Virus record (IMG/VR): IMGVR_UViG_3300021957_000006
Origin: an uncultured virus (IMG/VR IMGVR_UViG_3300021957_000006)
Lineage: Duplodnaviria; Heunggongvirae; Uroviricota; Caudoviricetes
Reading direction: 5' to 3' (one strand)
Length of the DNA stretch: 64,000 nucleotides
Below are positions 18,667-30,500 of this stretch, in pieces. Each line of letters begins with the position of its first letter. Positions within the stretch are counted from its first letter, which is position 1. A model generated the notes under the pieces. It was not told the DNA's origin. It searched no databases and worked only from the letters and a program-made list of their open reading frames with translations. Both the position numbers and the translations under genes were made by a program.

Positions 18667-21600
18667 TTAATCATATCTTACTTCAGTTGTGTTAATCGAA
18701 GCTACCCAACGAATATTAGTTGATGCAGCACCTGTTACAGTGATTGCCAATCCTCCGTTTGTAGTGTCAGCGGATAGTACCATGCCCCAGTTAGGTGTGT
18801 TGTCTAAAACAGTAGTTGCACTATTAACTAGGGTAGTAGTGCCAGCCGAACCCTCTCTACGAATTAAACCTTCAATCTTCCAAGCTGCACATTCAGTACC
18901 TTCGGATGCTTTTTCTCTTGCTACAATAGTGCCGTGAAATGCGTAAGCATGATTGTTAGCTAGAATTAATTGGTTGTTTGTTGTTGCAGTGCTATTATTA
19001 GTAGTAAGAGCAGTAGCAGTTGCGTTTGTAGTGGCTTGGCGAAAAATTGTTAATGCACTTTGACTGTCTCCAGTACTAGAAAATTCTCCGTTACCAAAAG
19101 CCATTTTACCCACATACGCAGATTTAGCTTTAGTCCCAATAGCAGTACCATTAGTGCACCATGCATAATTTGAAAACCCAAGTGTAGTCGAATACTGTCC
19201 ACTAGATTGTGAGTAAGCCCCAACACTAGTGGCATATGAAGCATTAGCCACACCTGAAACAGCAACAGAGTTAGTCTGTGTCGCACAAGAGACAGAAAAA
19301 TATCCCCCTATTGCAAGAGCGCCACAGCCTTGAGCTTTAGCTAGATATCCTATCGCTACACTACGAGGACTCATAGCACCGAAGGATGAAGTGTTGTTAG
19401 ATATAGCTGCTGCAAAGCCGTCTTGGGCAGCTGCCCTAGAGCATCCTAAGGCTATTGCTCCTGTACCAGAACTTGTAACCTGTGCATCATATCCAATTGC
19501 TATTGATCTAATTGCTGCTGCACAGGTCATTTGCCCTATAGCTATAGCACATACACCATAAGCTCTTGGACCGAAGCCAGTACCCCCATAACCACCACCA
19601 ATTGCAATTGAAAGCTGCGCAGTAGCTTTAGGACCGACAGAAGTAGAATTAGATGAACCTACAGCTGTAGCATAAGCTCCAGTAGCAACAGAAGAGGCTC
19701 CAATAGCAAGAGAACGGTCTGCTGTCGCGCAGGATTGAGGCCCAAGCGCTACAGATGTGTCTCCTGAAGCTCTCATATTTCTACCAATGGCTATTGATTG
19801 ACTTCCACAAGCGCAAGCTCCATCCCCGAACGCTTGAGCAGAAAACCCTGTCGCCTCAGAATTACTACCAATTGCAACTCCATTACTACCTGTTGCAGAT
19901 GGGGTTGTAGAGCTCGATGGATTTTCAGCATAGAGAGTCGTACCTCCTCCGCCGCCTCCTGATGCTGCTGCAAGCACAAGACCACCACTAGAAGTGCTGT
20001 ATGTTAATACATGACCATCAGTAGACCCAAGACCTGGGATACGTAGCAGGTTGTTGTTAGCGTTACCAAGAGTAATTTCATTAGACACGGTAGCTGATGA
20101 CGCATCTGCACAACAACCCAAAACAATATTGTTTGATCCAGTTGTTAAAGAAACGCCAGCACTTCTACCAATAGCTGTGTTGTGTGTGCCAGTAGTTAGA
20201 TTGCATAACGCAAAACTACCAACAGCAGTATTACCTTGAGATGTTGTAACAGAGCCCATTGATAAGTAACCGACGGCTACGTTACAGCAAGAAGTAGTAG
20301 CGCTTTGCATTGCACTTGATCCGACTATAGTATTACCATGTCGTTTAATTGTTTTACCAGCACAATGACCGATAGCAACGTTATTAACCCCACAGAAATA
20401 TGCTGAATGAGTACCAATAGAAACGTTGCATCCGCAGTTACCAAAAGTACCTGCAAACGCACCTAATGCAACGTTGCATGAAGCAGTTGTGGTAGTGTAA
20501 CCTGCACCATCACCAAAATATGCATGATACTGCCCTGTAGTGGTGTTTAATCCCGCATCTCTACCTACAGCTGTATTGCAACTAGCACTAGTAGTACATG
20601 CCAGAGCTCTGCATCCAACCGCAGTATTATTATTACCAATAACTTTACATATTAAAGCCTTAAAACCAATAGCAGTATTACCATAACCAGTTGTGTTGGA
20701 ACACAAAGAGCAGTTACCTATTGATGTGTTGTAACAACCAAATGTATTTGATTTTAATGCTTTATACCCTACTGCTGTATTACACATCCCAGAGGTGTTG
20801 CCGCATAACCCATAAGTACCCATAGCAGTGTTCTGTGCGCCAATAGTATTATTGCGCATCGCAAACATACCAAACGCATTATTATATGCACCTGATGTGT
20901 TTTGTTGTAGAGAGTATGCACCAAATGCAGTTGTATATGCACTTGTGTTGTTTTCAGCTGCATTTGAACCAACAGCTGTTATAAAGTGCGCTGTTGTATT
21001 TGTCTTACCTGCGCTTTGACCCATATAGGTGTTTTGATAACCAGAAGTATTAGCACAACCTGCTTTATCACCAATTGCGTTGTTAGACGAACCCGAAGCT
21101 GATCTCAGACCATAACTACCAATAGAAATATTATAATTACCACCAGCTAACTGTTGCGAGTTCATACCCAACGCAATAGCATGCTGAGGCTGAGAACCTA
21201 GGTTGCACATCGCAGATTCACCAATTGCTATACTATTACGACCGGCTGCGGTTGTCCCTAAGTTTTTACCTGCTGAGTGGCCTACAGCAACGTTGCTATA
21301 ACCAACTGTGGCTTGGCACATCGCACAAGCACCAACAGCTGTGTTATTATATCCTGTTGTGCTTGAATTTAGAGTACTAAATCCTACTGCTACTGTATTA
21401 CATCCTGTTGTGTTAGCATGCATTACAGAGTTACCAATGGCAACGTTTTTTCTACCAATTGTGGTGTTGTATGAAGCAGCGTAACCTATAGCAACGTTGG
21501 AATCACCGCCAGTGCCTTGCCTCATAGCAGATGTGCCAATAACAACGTTATAACCGCCAGTAATATTACTTCTCATAGCAGAGGAACCAATAGCTACGTT

Positions 21601-24600
21601 ATACTGACCTGTTGTATTACAATATAAGGCTTCGTTACCTACCGCAGTATGACCACCTGTACATGATTTAAACAGAGCTCTATATCCAACAGCTGTACCA
21701 TAGCTATTAGTTGTATTACATCTCATAGCACAAACGCCAATAGCAACGTTTTTGCCTGCACAAGTGTTGGCCATCAATGACATAGAGCCAATAGCAATGT
21801 TCTCTTGACCTGTTGTATTAGCAATCATCGCCTCTGTTCCAATTGCTACGTTGCACGACCCGGTCGTATTAAAAAATAGAGATTGATGGCCAACAGCTGT
21901 ATTACAAGTTGCCCCAAGGCTGCAGGCCATTGATTGGTTACCAAGCGCTGTGTTGCACCCAGCTGTAATTTTTGACATAGCTTTCGAGCCAATAGCAACA
22001 TTGTTAAACATTGGAGAACTACCTGCAGCACACATTGCGCCATAACCAATAGCAACTTGGTGATCTGCTGAACCAAGTGTCTTACCTGCATGTGCACCAA
22101 TCAGAATATTTTGATCACCAGATGAATTTAAGCTACAGCCTGCAGAAAAACCGACAGTTACGTTACCAGTGCCCCCGGTACCTGCATTTGTTCCCAAACC
22201 TAAATTATTTGTTCCAGTAGTAGAAGCATCGCTTAGATCATCAATAGCTGATGCACCACCACCACCGCCTCCTCCTGATGCAGCTGCAAGTACTAATGAG
22301 GTGCCATTATAACATAATACATGACCTGATGAAGCGCCTGCTTGCAATCCTGGCAATCTAAGCACTGTGTTAGATGTATTGCCAATTACTATTTCATTTG
22401 ATGTAGTTGCTGATGTTGCTTGCGCGCCATGTCCAATTATAATATTATTACCACCAGTTGTAATTGTATTACCTGAGGCTCTTCCTAGGAAAGTATTACA
22501 CACCCCTGATGTTACATTCTGACCAGATCCTGAACCTATTGCTGTGTTAAATTCCCCTGTTACTTTACATAAAGCCCAGCTACCAATAGCAGTGTTATAC
22601 ATTACATAACCTGTGTGGTCCATCATGGCTTTGTAACCAATAGCAGTAGAACCATAAGCTCCTGTGGCACTTTTCATTGCACAGTTACCTACAGCAACGT
22701 TAGCTCTTACTGTAGTACCCGCGCACATTGTATTACAACCAATAGCAACATTATCAATTCCAGTGGTAATACACGAACCTGCAAAGTACCCCAGTGCTTG
22801 ATTGCCATTTCCAGTAGCACATTTTAAAACACAGTAACCTACACCGACAGAATTTTGAACTGGTTTTCTAGATCCTGAGTTACCTATTAATACGTTTCTG
22901 CATGCTGCCGGTCCTAGATCAGTGAATCTACCCATAACTACATTGTCGCTACCTGTAGTAATACAAGCACCTGCATTCTGTCCAAACAAGCTATTAGAAG
23001 CACCTGATGTGATAGCTACACCAGTGCAATACCCTACAGCTGTGTTACAACCTGAACCTGTTTGCGATTTAAGAGAATTATTACCAACAGCTGTACTGTA
23101 AAAACTACCATTACCGTTACCGGTATCTGAGCACATTGCATTAGTACCAATGGCTATTACCCCTTGAAACGCATTTACACAAACTCTATTTTTTAAAGCG
23201 TTAGTACCAATTGCAATGTTATTTTGGTCTTTAGTATTACTAAAGTTTGCACATCGGCCAATAGCTATGTTACTGTAAGCACCGGCTGAATTATGACATT
23301 GCATAGCTTGCGTACCTATAGCAATATTATTACTACCTATAGCTGCGTTACCATAACCAGCTTTCCAACCTATAAACACGTTACAATCACCACAAGTAAC
23401 AGATCTCATAGCATCTTTACCGATAACTACGTTATATTTTCCTGCAGTGTTTTGATACATTGCCATCGAACCAACAGCAACGTTAGAGTGTCCAAGAGAG
23501 GTAGTTTGCATACTGCGTATAGCATTAAACCCGATTGCAACTGTGTCATATGTATTAACCGCTTGCTTTAAGGCCTCTGTACCTATAGCTACGTTCATTA
23601 CTCCTGTAGTATTTGCTGCCAGGGCGCATATACCTACTGCAGTAACACTCCTATCTGTTGCGGTTAATGCAGCTAATGCATTAGTACCTAATCCAACGCT
23701 TGTGGCATTAGTCTTAGCATCACTTAGATCATTAATGGCTGATGCACCTCCTCCACCACCACCTGATGCAGCCGCTAAGACCAATGAAGTACCATTGTAA
23801 CACATGATGTGCCCTGACGATGCACCGGATTGCAAACCAGGAATCCTAAACGCTGTGATATTAGCATCACCAAGTGTGATTTCGTTATTGACGGTTGCAG
23901 AGCTTGCAGAAGCTCCTCTACCCAAAAGAAGATTACAAGATCCTGTTGTAAGACTTAAACCTGCCTGTTCACCAATTGCTGTGTTACATACACCGGTTGT
24001 TAAAGATCTTAAACTTAATCTACCCATTGCAATGTTGCAACCGCCGGTAGTAGTTGAACATAAAGTTTCTAGTCCAATACCAATATTTAAACAAGCAGTA
24101 GTGTTAACTTTACCTGAGCGTATACCAACGTAAATATTGCAGTTGCCAGCAGTAGAATTACACGCAGCTCCATAACCAACAGCTATGTTATAATTACCAG
24201 TTAAATTGTTGCGAAAGCTGCTAGAGCCAAGGGCAACATTACCATTGCCAGTATTGCAAGCCATACCATATCTACCAACTGCAGTCTGTTGATTACCTCC
24301 CTTTGAGTTGGCATAATAACCTATACTAACCGCCGATCCTGATGTATTTTTCCAACCAGCTGCGTAACCAATTAACACAGATTGTTCTATATTTGTCGCA
24401 CACTTACCAGCCGATGCACCTAATACTGTAGCGAAGCATCCAGTAACATTACAGCACATAGCCTGTTCACCAATAGCTGTATTCCATCTCACAGCAGTTG
24501 CTTTATAACCAGCGTTTCTACCTACATATGTATTTGCATATCCAGTCGTAGTACTATAACCTGCGAATGCGCCAATAGCCGTCATACACCCACCGGTTGT

Positions 24601-25671
24601 TAAATTAGTAAATGCATGATTACCAACAGCAACGTTTTGATTGGAAGATGTTTGTGTCTTTAAAGCGTTTGAGCCGATAGCGACATTCCAATAACCAGTA
24701 ACTACAGAACATAAAGTATTTGAACCTATAGCAACACTTTCTGTACCTGTGGTTAAAAGCTTTAACGCATTGAGACCAATAGCTACATTACAATTGGATG
24801 ACCCATCATCATTAGCTAGTGCATTAGTACCTAGACCCAGTGAAGTTGTATCTGGAGACTTACCATCAGATAGACCATTAATATTAGAAGCTCCACCCCC
24901 AGTAGTAGCCCAAGATACAGTTCCACTACCGTTTGTTGTGAGAACTTGATTTGCAGATCCGTCTGCAGCAGGTAAAGTAAAAGCATTATTGAATGTTACG
25001 GTACCTAAAGCGTTTATAGTTAAAGGGTTGCAATGAGCTGATGGGTTATGGCAATAAGTACAAAACTTAATTGTATTACCAGAACTATTAGTCTTCAATT
25101 CAAACCCTTGGCCTCCAACATGTTGAAGATGACCAGCTACGCCTGAGGTTCCACTGTTAAATTCAATTTTACTAGTACCAAAGTTACCAGTACCATCACC
25201 AAAAGTTAGCGTTGGGTTACCAGATGCTACACTTGTTGAAATATCAGCAACATTAGTAATTGTATTACCCTGGCCATCAAGATTTCCTCCAAGTTGTGGA
25301 GTTGTATCTTCTACAATATCACTCAGACCTGACCCTGCTGCAGCTGTTGAAGCTGCAACGTTGACAAAAACGGGTGTTTCTGCGCTGTCTTGATAATAAA
25401 CGTTTAGAGTACCATCTTGCTTATCATACCATAAATCACCAGGTTTAACGGTTGTTGGTACATCACTATCGATGAGTGCTCCAATTTGATGAAGCCTGAC
25501 ATAATCAGAATCTACTAGATTTGAAACTGCAGCTGAATCTAATCCACCGCCTCCACCACCACCACCGACAGCAGAAGAGATTGTTGCACTAGTTGTGGCA
25601 TCAAGAGATGCAATATTTTGTAATTGCCTACTATCATTAACGACTGTAGTACCTGTAATCTTGATGGCCAT
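18667..25671 (-). CDS. Giant Cys-rich modular tail fibre (2334 aa, YadA-head-like beta-roll repeats)
   Basis: Long arrays of about 14-residue NxAxG repeats in four modules separated by Gly-rich hinges; fibre-type N- and C-terminal domains. Confidence 0.85.
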   Translation of the reverse strand: MAIKITGTTVVNDSRQLQNIASLDATTSATISSAVGGGGGGGGLDSAAVSNLVDSDYVRLHQIGALIDSDVPTTVKPGDLWYDKQDGTLNVYYQDSAETPVFVNVAASTAAAGSGLSDIVEDTTPQLGGNLDGQGNTITNVADISTSVASGNPTLTFGDGTGNFGTSKIEFNSGTSGVAGHLQHVGGQGFELKTNSSGNTIKFCTYCHNPSAHCNPLTINALGTVTFNNAFTLPAADGSANQVLTTNGSGTVSWATTGGGASNINGLSDGKSPDTTSLGLGTNALANDDGSSNCNVAIGLNALKLLTTGTESVAIGSNTLCSVVTGYWNVAIGSNALKTQTSSNQNVAVGNHAFTNLTTGGCMTAIGAFAGYSTTTGYANTYVGRNAGYKATAVRWNTAIGEQAMCCNVTGCFATVLGASAGKCATNIEQSVLIGYAAGWKNTSGSAVSIGYYANSKGGNQQTAVGRYGMACNTGNGNVALGSSSFRNNLTGNYNIAVGYGAACNSTAGNCNIYVGIRSGKVNTTACLNIGIGLETLCSTTTGGCNIAMGRLSLRSLTTGVCNTAIGEQAGLSLTTGSCNLLLGRGASASSATVNNEITLGDANITAFRIPGLQSGASSGHIMCYNGTSLVLAAASGGGGGGASAINDLSDAKTNATSVGLGTNALAALTATDRSVTAVGICALAANTTGVMNVAIGTEALKQAVNTYDTVAIGFNAIRSMQTTSLGHSNVAVGSMAMYQNTAGKYNVVIGKDAMRSVTCGDCNVFIGWKAGYGNAAIGSNNIAIGTQAMQCHNSAGAYSNIAIGRCANFSNTKDQNNIAIGTNALKNRVCVNAFQGVIAIGTNAMCSDTGNGNGSFYSTAVGNNSLKSQTGSGCNTAVGYCTGVAITSGASNSLFGQNAGACITTGSDNVVMGRFTDLGPAACRNVLIGNSGSRKPVQNSVGVGYCVLKCATGNGNQALGYFAGSCITTGIDNVAIGCNTMCAGTTVRANVAVGNCAMKSATGAYGSTAIGYKAMMDHTGYVMYNTAIGSWALCKVTGEFNTAIGSGSGQNVTSGVCNTFLGRASGNTITTGGNNIIIGHGAQATSATTSNEIVIGNTSNTVLRLPGLQAGASSGHVLCYNGTSLVLAAASGGGGGGGASAIDDLSDASTTGTNNLGLGTNAGTGGTGNVTVGFSAGCSLNSSGDQNILIGAHAGKTLGSADHQVAIGYGAMCAAGSSPMFNNVAIGSKAMSKITAGCNTALGNQSMACSLGATCNTAVGHQSLFFNTTGSCNVAIGTEAMIANTTGQENIAIGSMSLMANTCAGKNVAIGVCAMRCNTTNSYGTAVGYRALFKSCTGGHTAVGNEALYCNTTGQYNVAIGSSAMRSNITGGYNVVIGTSAMRQGTGGDSNVAIGYAASYNTTIGRKNVAIGNSVMHANTTGCNTVAVGFSTLNSSTTGYNNTAVGACAMCQATVGYSNVAVGHSAGKNLGTTAAGRNSIAIGESAMCNLGSQPQHAIALGMNSQQLAGGNYNISIGSYGLRSASGSSNNAIGDKAGCANTSGYQNTYMGQSAGKTNTTAHFITAVGSNAAENNTSAYTTAFGAYSLQQNTSGAYNNAFGMFAMRNNTIGAQNTAMGTYGLCGNTSGMCNTAVGYKALKSNTFGCYNTSIGNCSLCSNTTGYGNTAIGFKALICKVIGNNNTAVGCRALACTTSASCNTAVGRDAGLNTTTGQYHAYFGDGAGYTTTTASCNVALGAFAGTFGNCGCNVSIGTHSAYFCGVNNVAIGHCAGKTIKRHGNTIVGSSAMQSATTSCCNVAVGYLSMGSVTTSQGNTAVGSFALCNLTTGTHNTAIGRSAGVSLTTGSNNIVLGCCADASSATVSNEITLGNANNNLLRIPGLGSTDGHVLTYSTSSGGLVLAAASGGGGGGTTLYAENPSSSTTPSATGSNGVAIGSNSEATGFSAQAFGDGACACGSQSIAIGRNMRASGDTSVALGPQSCATADRSLAIGASSVATGAYATAVGSSNSTSVGPKATAQLSIAIGGGYGGTGFGPRAYGVCAIAIGQMTCAAAIRSIAIGYDAQVTSSGTGAIALGCSRAAAQDGFAAAISNNTSSFGAMSPRSVAIGYLAKAQGCGALAIGGYFSVSCATQTNSVAVSGVANASYATSVGAYSQSSGQYSTTLGFSNYAWCTNGTAIGTKAKSAYVGKMAFGNGEFSSTGDSQSALTIFRQATTNATATALTTNNSTATTNNQLILANNHAYAFHGTIVAREKASEGTECAAWKIEGLIRREGSAGTTTLVNSATTVLDNTPNWGMVLSADTTNGGLAITVTGAASTNIRWVASINTTEVRYD

Positions 25672-25681
25672 GGATTAATCC

Positions 25682-26341
25682 TTATTTTTTTATTTTATTT
25701 AACCAGCTCATAAAATCACCATTCCAACGTTTTGTCCCGACATGCGAAAGTTTAATAGATGGGTCAAGCCATACCTTACCGCCCAACTTTCTCCACTTCC
25801 TACAAAATACAATATCCTCAGATATTAGTTCACCTTTTTCATCTACTACTATATCAAAAATCATTTTAATTGGTTTAGGTTTATGTGATTCGGTATATTC
25901 TATACTATCATCTGAAACTGTTTGCAACGCTTTTCTTGTTAATCTTAAAAAACCTGTTGCAATACCTTCAACTTCTACCAAACCACTCTCTTCAAATTTC
26001 ATATTCCCATCTAATACTTTGACGGGATAATCTTCTTCATCGCCCTTTTTAGGGTAAATTCCTCCAACAACATCAGCATCATGCTCTAGTAGCTTGAAGA
26101 AATCTTCGGGGTTCCAATCAACGTCACAATCAATGAAAACTAAATCATCGACTTCTTGATCTAAAGCTAATTTGGCAATATCATTTCTAGCACGTTGTAC
26201 TAACGAATCATATGACATGTAAATGCAATAAACGTTTATGTCCTTTGCAAGACCTGCTTTGCAAGTCTCGCTAAGAGCCGATGCATGCCATACGGTTATA
26301 GTACCGTCGTAAGACGGCGCTGCAATCATAACATTTCTCAT
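25682..26341 (-). CDS. GT-A fold (GT2-like) glycosyltransferase
   Basis: SLVQRARN, VFIDCD (DxD), SEDIVFC, LSHVG motifs. Confidence 0.8.
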   Translation of the reverse strand: MRNVMIAAPSYDGTITVWHASALSETCKAGLAKDINVYCIYMSYDSLVQRARNDIAKLALDQEVDDLVFIDCDVDWNPEDFFKLLEHDADVVGGIYPKKGDEEDYPVKVLDGNMKFEESGLVEVEGIATGFLRLTRKALQTVSDDSIEYTESHKPKPIKMIFDIVVDEKGELISEDIVFCRKWRKLGGKVWLDPSIKLSHVGTKRWNGDFMSWLNKIKK

Positions 26342-26356
26342 TATATAAGATCCCTA

Positions 26357-26704
26357 TTAACCTAGTGTGTCTAGATCAAAGTCATCTACAGCAGACTCTT
26401 CAGGTTCTGCGGGTGCTAGATTGAACGCCTCGTAATGTGCGTGAAATACGTGATCATCGATAACAGCAGGCATCATTGCGATGAGTTCTGCTTTTGTGTA
26501 GTCAGTTGCTACTTTTGATGGTGTTTCGATTTCAACTGATTCAGAGTAATCTGAATTCCATGCTGGCTGTACTGGATCTGCGTCTGCATCTCCTGCGTAA
26601 GCATAGTTTACTTCGATTTCCCACCGAGTTACTTTATTATCGGACGCACGTTTAGTTGGTACCGCTTTTGCAAGCGTTTTAGTTACCGGTGAATATGTAG
26701 CCAT
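26357..26704 (-). CDS. Hypothetical protein
   Basis: 115-aa ORF with AAGGAG RBS and its own late promoter. Confidence 0.75.
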   Translation of the reverse strand: MATYSPVTKTLAKAVPTKRASDNKVTRWEIEVNYAYAGDADADPVQPAWNSDYSESVEIETPSKVATDYTKAELIAMMPAVIDDHVFHAHYEAFNLAPAEPEESAVDDFDLDTLG

Positions 26705-26734
26705 TTTCGACTCCTTTAAGGTTACTAGGCATGA

Positions 26735-27550
26735 TTATTTCATACCATTATTTATAATAGTTCTACGTTCTATATCTTCTTCAATACATTTATTTCCATA
26801 CTGTACTTCAAGTATATGACATGGTTTGTCATAAGGATTGTAAGCTCTATGCCAATCTTCCTTATGTATAACATAAGTCTGATGTTCTTTTAAAGCTATT
26901 GTTTCATCTCTGCCAGCATTAGTTTGGATAATATCCCCATGCTCAATATCTATCTTTAACATTCCTTCAAGAACGTACCAATGTTCGCTTCTATGAAAAT
27001 GTTTTTGATCTGAAAGAGACTTGCCAGGATTAATTACTAGCTCCTTAGCTTTGACAGTACCTTTATCATCAAGTACTCGCCAATACCCCCATTCTCGTTC
27101 TGTCTTTTGAGTCTTCCACTCATCAAGAATCCAACTACTAGAATTCTTTTTATTGTTTCCACCAACACCAAATACAAATCCTATACTGCCTTGATCAGCC
27201 AAAGATCTAGCGTACTCTACTTCTGGAGTCGACCCCTTATGTCTATCTCCTCCGTTAGCAAATATAATTTGTGAACCTTTTGGAAAGTTTTCTCTAATAT
27301 GGTTAATAGCATTTACTGCATGATCTTCGCTATCATCAAAAGCAAAAGACATACCAACACCTTTAATATTGTTGACTATATCTAATCTTTCTTCAATAGG
27401 CATGAACGGTCTACCTTTTTTTCGAGTTAGCCACTCATCACTATTTACTCCTACACATAGGATATCTCCAAGCTTTTTAGCTTCTTGAAAATACTTTACA
27501 TGTCCAGAGTGAAGGGGATCAAAGCCCCCTGTCACTAAAACAACTTTCAT
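26735..27550 (-). CDS. Cytidylyl/adenylyltransferase (TagD/RfaE-II-like) fused to a mannose-6-phosphate isomerase-type cupin
   Basis: TGGFDPLHSGH (HxGH), GVNSD, FANGGDR; then REWGYW, QKHFHRSEHW, LEVQYG...EEDIER. Confidence 0.9.
   Translation of the reverse strand: MKVVLVTGGFDPLHSGHVKYFQEAKKLGDILCVGVNSDEWLTRKKGRPFMPIEERLDIVNNIKGVGMSFAFDDSEDHAVNAINHIRENFPKGSQIIFANGGDRHKGSTPEVEYARSLADQGSIGFVFGVGGNNKKNSSSWILDEWKTQKTEREWGYWRVLDDKGTVKAKELVINPGKSLSDQKHFHRSEHWYVLEGMLKIDIEHGDIIQTNAGRDETIALKEHQTYVIHKEDWHRAYNPYDKPCHILEVQYGNKCIEEDIERRTIINNGMK
26749..26756 (-). promoter_or_regulatory. T4-type late promoter TATAAATA
   Basis: Exact consensus in the last codons of the upstream gene, 45 bp before ATG 26704. 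Confidence 0.75.
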
Positions 27551-27560
27551 AATTACTCCA

Positions 27561-30500
27561 TTATATTTTAGATTTCAACTCATTAATTTGATGCTGTTGA
27601 TCTTGAACTGCTTGTACAAGGAAGGCAATAATCTGTGAATAATTAACAACCTTCTTACCTTCTATATTAGTCGATACTGCTTCAGGAATCAACTGTTCTA
27701 GTTCCTGAGCGATGACACCGTAAGACTTTTTACCATCTTTCTTCCAAGTAAAGCTAACAGGATTAATACTATTAACAATATCTAAACCATCATCAATTGT
27801 TTCAATGTTTTCTTTGAGTGTTACATCTGATGTAGCATTAAAGTCAACTGCACTTACTTGTCCACCACTATTTATACTATAGCTTAGAGCTGGTATTCTC
27901 ATTGCCGTGATATTAGCATCACCTAATGTAATTTCATTTGATACTGTAGCTGATGATGGTTGAGCATTATAACCAAGTGCTATAATATTTGACCCTGTTG
28001 TGAGAGTACAGCCAGCATTAGTTCCTAAGGATGTGTTGTTAAGACCTGTAGTAGTATTATATAATGCGAATCTACCAACAGCTGTGTTACAGCAACCAGA
28101 AGTTGACATATTTAAAGCAAAATTACCAACTGCTGTAGATTGCCTTTGATAAGTAGCGTTATACATCGCACTAACGCCTACAGCAACGTTATTACTACCG
28201 TTTCCTGTACCAGCTTTACCGGCATTTACTCCTACAAATATATTATTATCACCAGCACTTAATCCACACCCTGCAAGATAACCAATAGCTGTATTACACT
28301 GCCCATAACGTGATTGATTACGTAATGCACATGTACCTATAGCAATAGAAGCGTTTTGAACTGGATAGTCTGTTATTGCTCCTAGTGCATCTGTACCAAT
28401 AGCAATTCCACCAACACCAGTTGTAACAGAGCCTAGAGCTCCTCCACCTACAGCAATATTACTAGTACCAGTAGTGAGAGCATCAAGAGTAGAAGACCCT
28501 ATAGCTATGTTTAAATTACCAGAAGATCCACAGCGCATAGCTCTATGACCGATAGCAATGTTTTGTGAACCGGGTTGATTACCTTCATGAGCCTGCCAAC
28601 CAATTGCAACACCGTATTTTGTTGTAGTGCCTAGACGGTTATATTGACCGAGAGTGGAGTTACCATACCCTGTAGTTACTCTACATGCTGCTTGAGTACC
28701 TATAGTAGTGCTTGGAGCTGTATTAGTGCTGTTATATCCTGCTTGGCATCCAATAGATACTTGATATCTAGTATTAGTACCACATTTGTTAGCTTCATAA
28801 CCTATAGATATGTTACCATATCCTTGTGCATTAGATTCTAATGCACTCATTCCTATAGCAATGTTCCGGATACCAGTAGTATTAGAAAGTAAAGAATATA
28901 CACCCACTGCAACATTACTATGACCAGATGTATTAAGTTCTAATGCCCGAGTACCAACTGCTACGTTACTGCAACCTGTAATGTTGCTGCGCATTGCACA
29001 AGAACCAACAGCAGTGTTTTGCTTGTTTAGAGTTCCAACTCCTAATTGTAGAGTACATGCACCTACAGCAACGTTATCTTTACCATCTGTATTGGCACAT
29101 AAGGCGTTTCTACCAACCGCAACATTATCTAGACCTACTGTATTAGCTCTTAGACTGTAGTATCCAACTGCAGTATTATACCCTCCTGTAGTATTAAAGT
29201 ACATGGATTGATAACCAACCGCTGTATTACCAGCAGCAGTAATAGAATTATTTAAAGTACTGGTACCCAAAGCAGTATTGTAGTTACCGCAAATATTATA
29301 ACCTGCATAATGTCCAACTGCTGTGTTACCATTACCTCCAATATTATCCACTAGAGCACCTGAACCGATAGCTACATTGTATGCGCCAGTAGTTGCATTT
29401 GCTAGAGATAACCATCCAACTGATGTATTCATACCATATGATGTTGTAACCGCTGCTTGTGATTTCCTACCAACAGCAGTTGAATAAGATGCGCCATTTA
29501 GGTTACGCATTGCCCATTGACCAACTGCTACGTTACCTGCACCTGTTGTGTTTGTATATAGTGCACACTCACCTAAAGCAGTGTTTTCATTATTAGTACC
29601 ATCATCATTAGCTAATGCATTAGATCCAAGACCGATTGTATGAGTACCATGAGTAACTCCATCACTTAGATCATCAACAGCAGATGCGCCGCCACCACTA
29701 GAAGCGGCAGCTAGTACGAGCGATGTACCGTTGTAACACATTATATGACCTGATGAAGCACCAGATTGTAGTCCAGGAATCCTAAACGCTGTAATGTTAG
29801 CATCACCTAGCGTGATTTCATTAGAAGTTGTAGCCGATGTTGCTTGAGCATTATAACCTAAAGTTAGATTATTACATCCACTAGAAATGGTCCTACCAGC
29901 CTCTGCACCAACCGCTGTATTGCACCTACCAGTTGTTACAACACACAAAGTTGCATACCCAAAACCAGTATTTAGTTGACATTTTGATTGTCTCAGAGAG
30001 CCATACCCTACAGCAGTATTACAAGAACCAGTTATATTAGCACCCAAGGTTTGCATACCAACAGCTACGTTTAACCAACCTGTAGTATTTGCTGACAGCG
30101 CAGTATCACCAACCGCAGTATTCCTAGCACCACACACGTTTGATTTTAATGCGTTATATCCTACAGCTGTACCGTAGTTTGCTTGGTTAGAATTTAAAGA
30201 ACAATGTCCTAGTGCAGTGTTTCTTTTACCAACAGTGATTAATTGTAATGATTTAAACCCTACAGCGGTATTGCAAGAGCCTGTTGTATTTGAAACTAAT
30301 GCAGAAGAGCCAACGGCAGTGTTAAAACAGCCAGTAGTGTTAGCTTGCATAGCAAAAGTACCAAGAGCAGTATTGCATGAACCATGAGTTGTAAACAATA
30401 AAGCATTAGTTCCAACAGCTACGTTTTCATGCCCTGTTACGCTATTTTTAAGTGCGAAAGAACCTACAGAGGTATTATAATTTCCGGTGGTGTTAGCACA

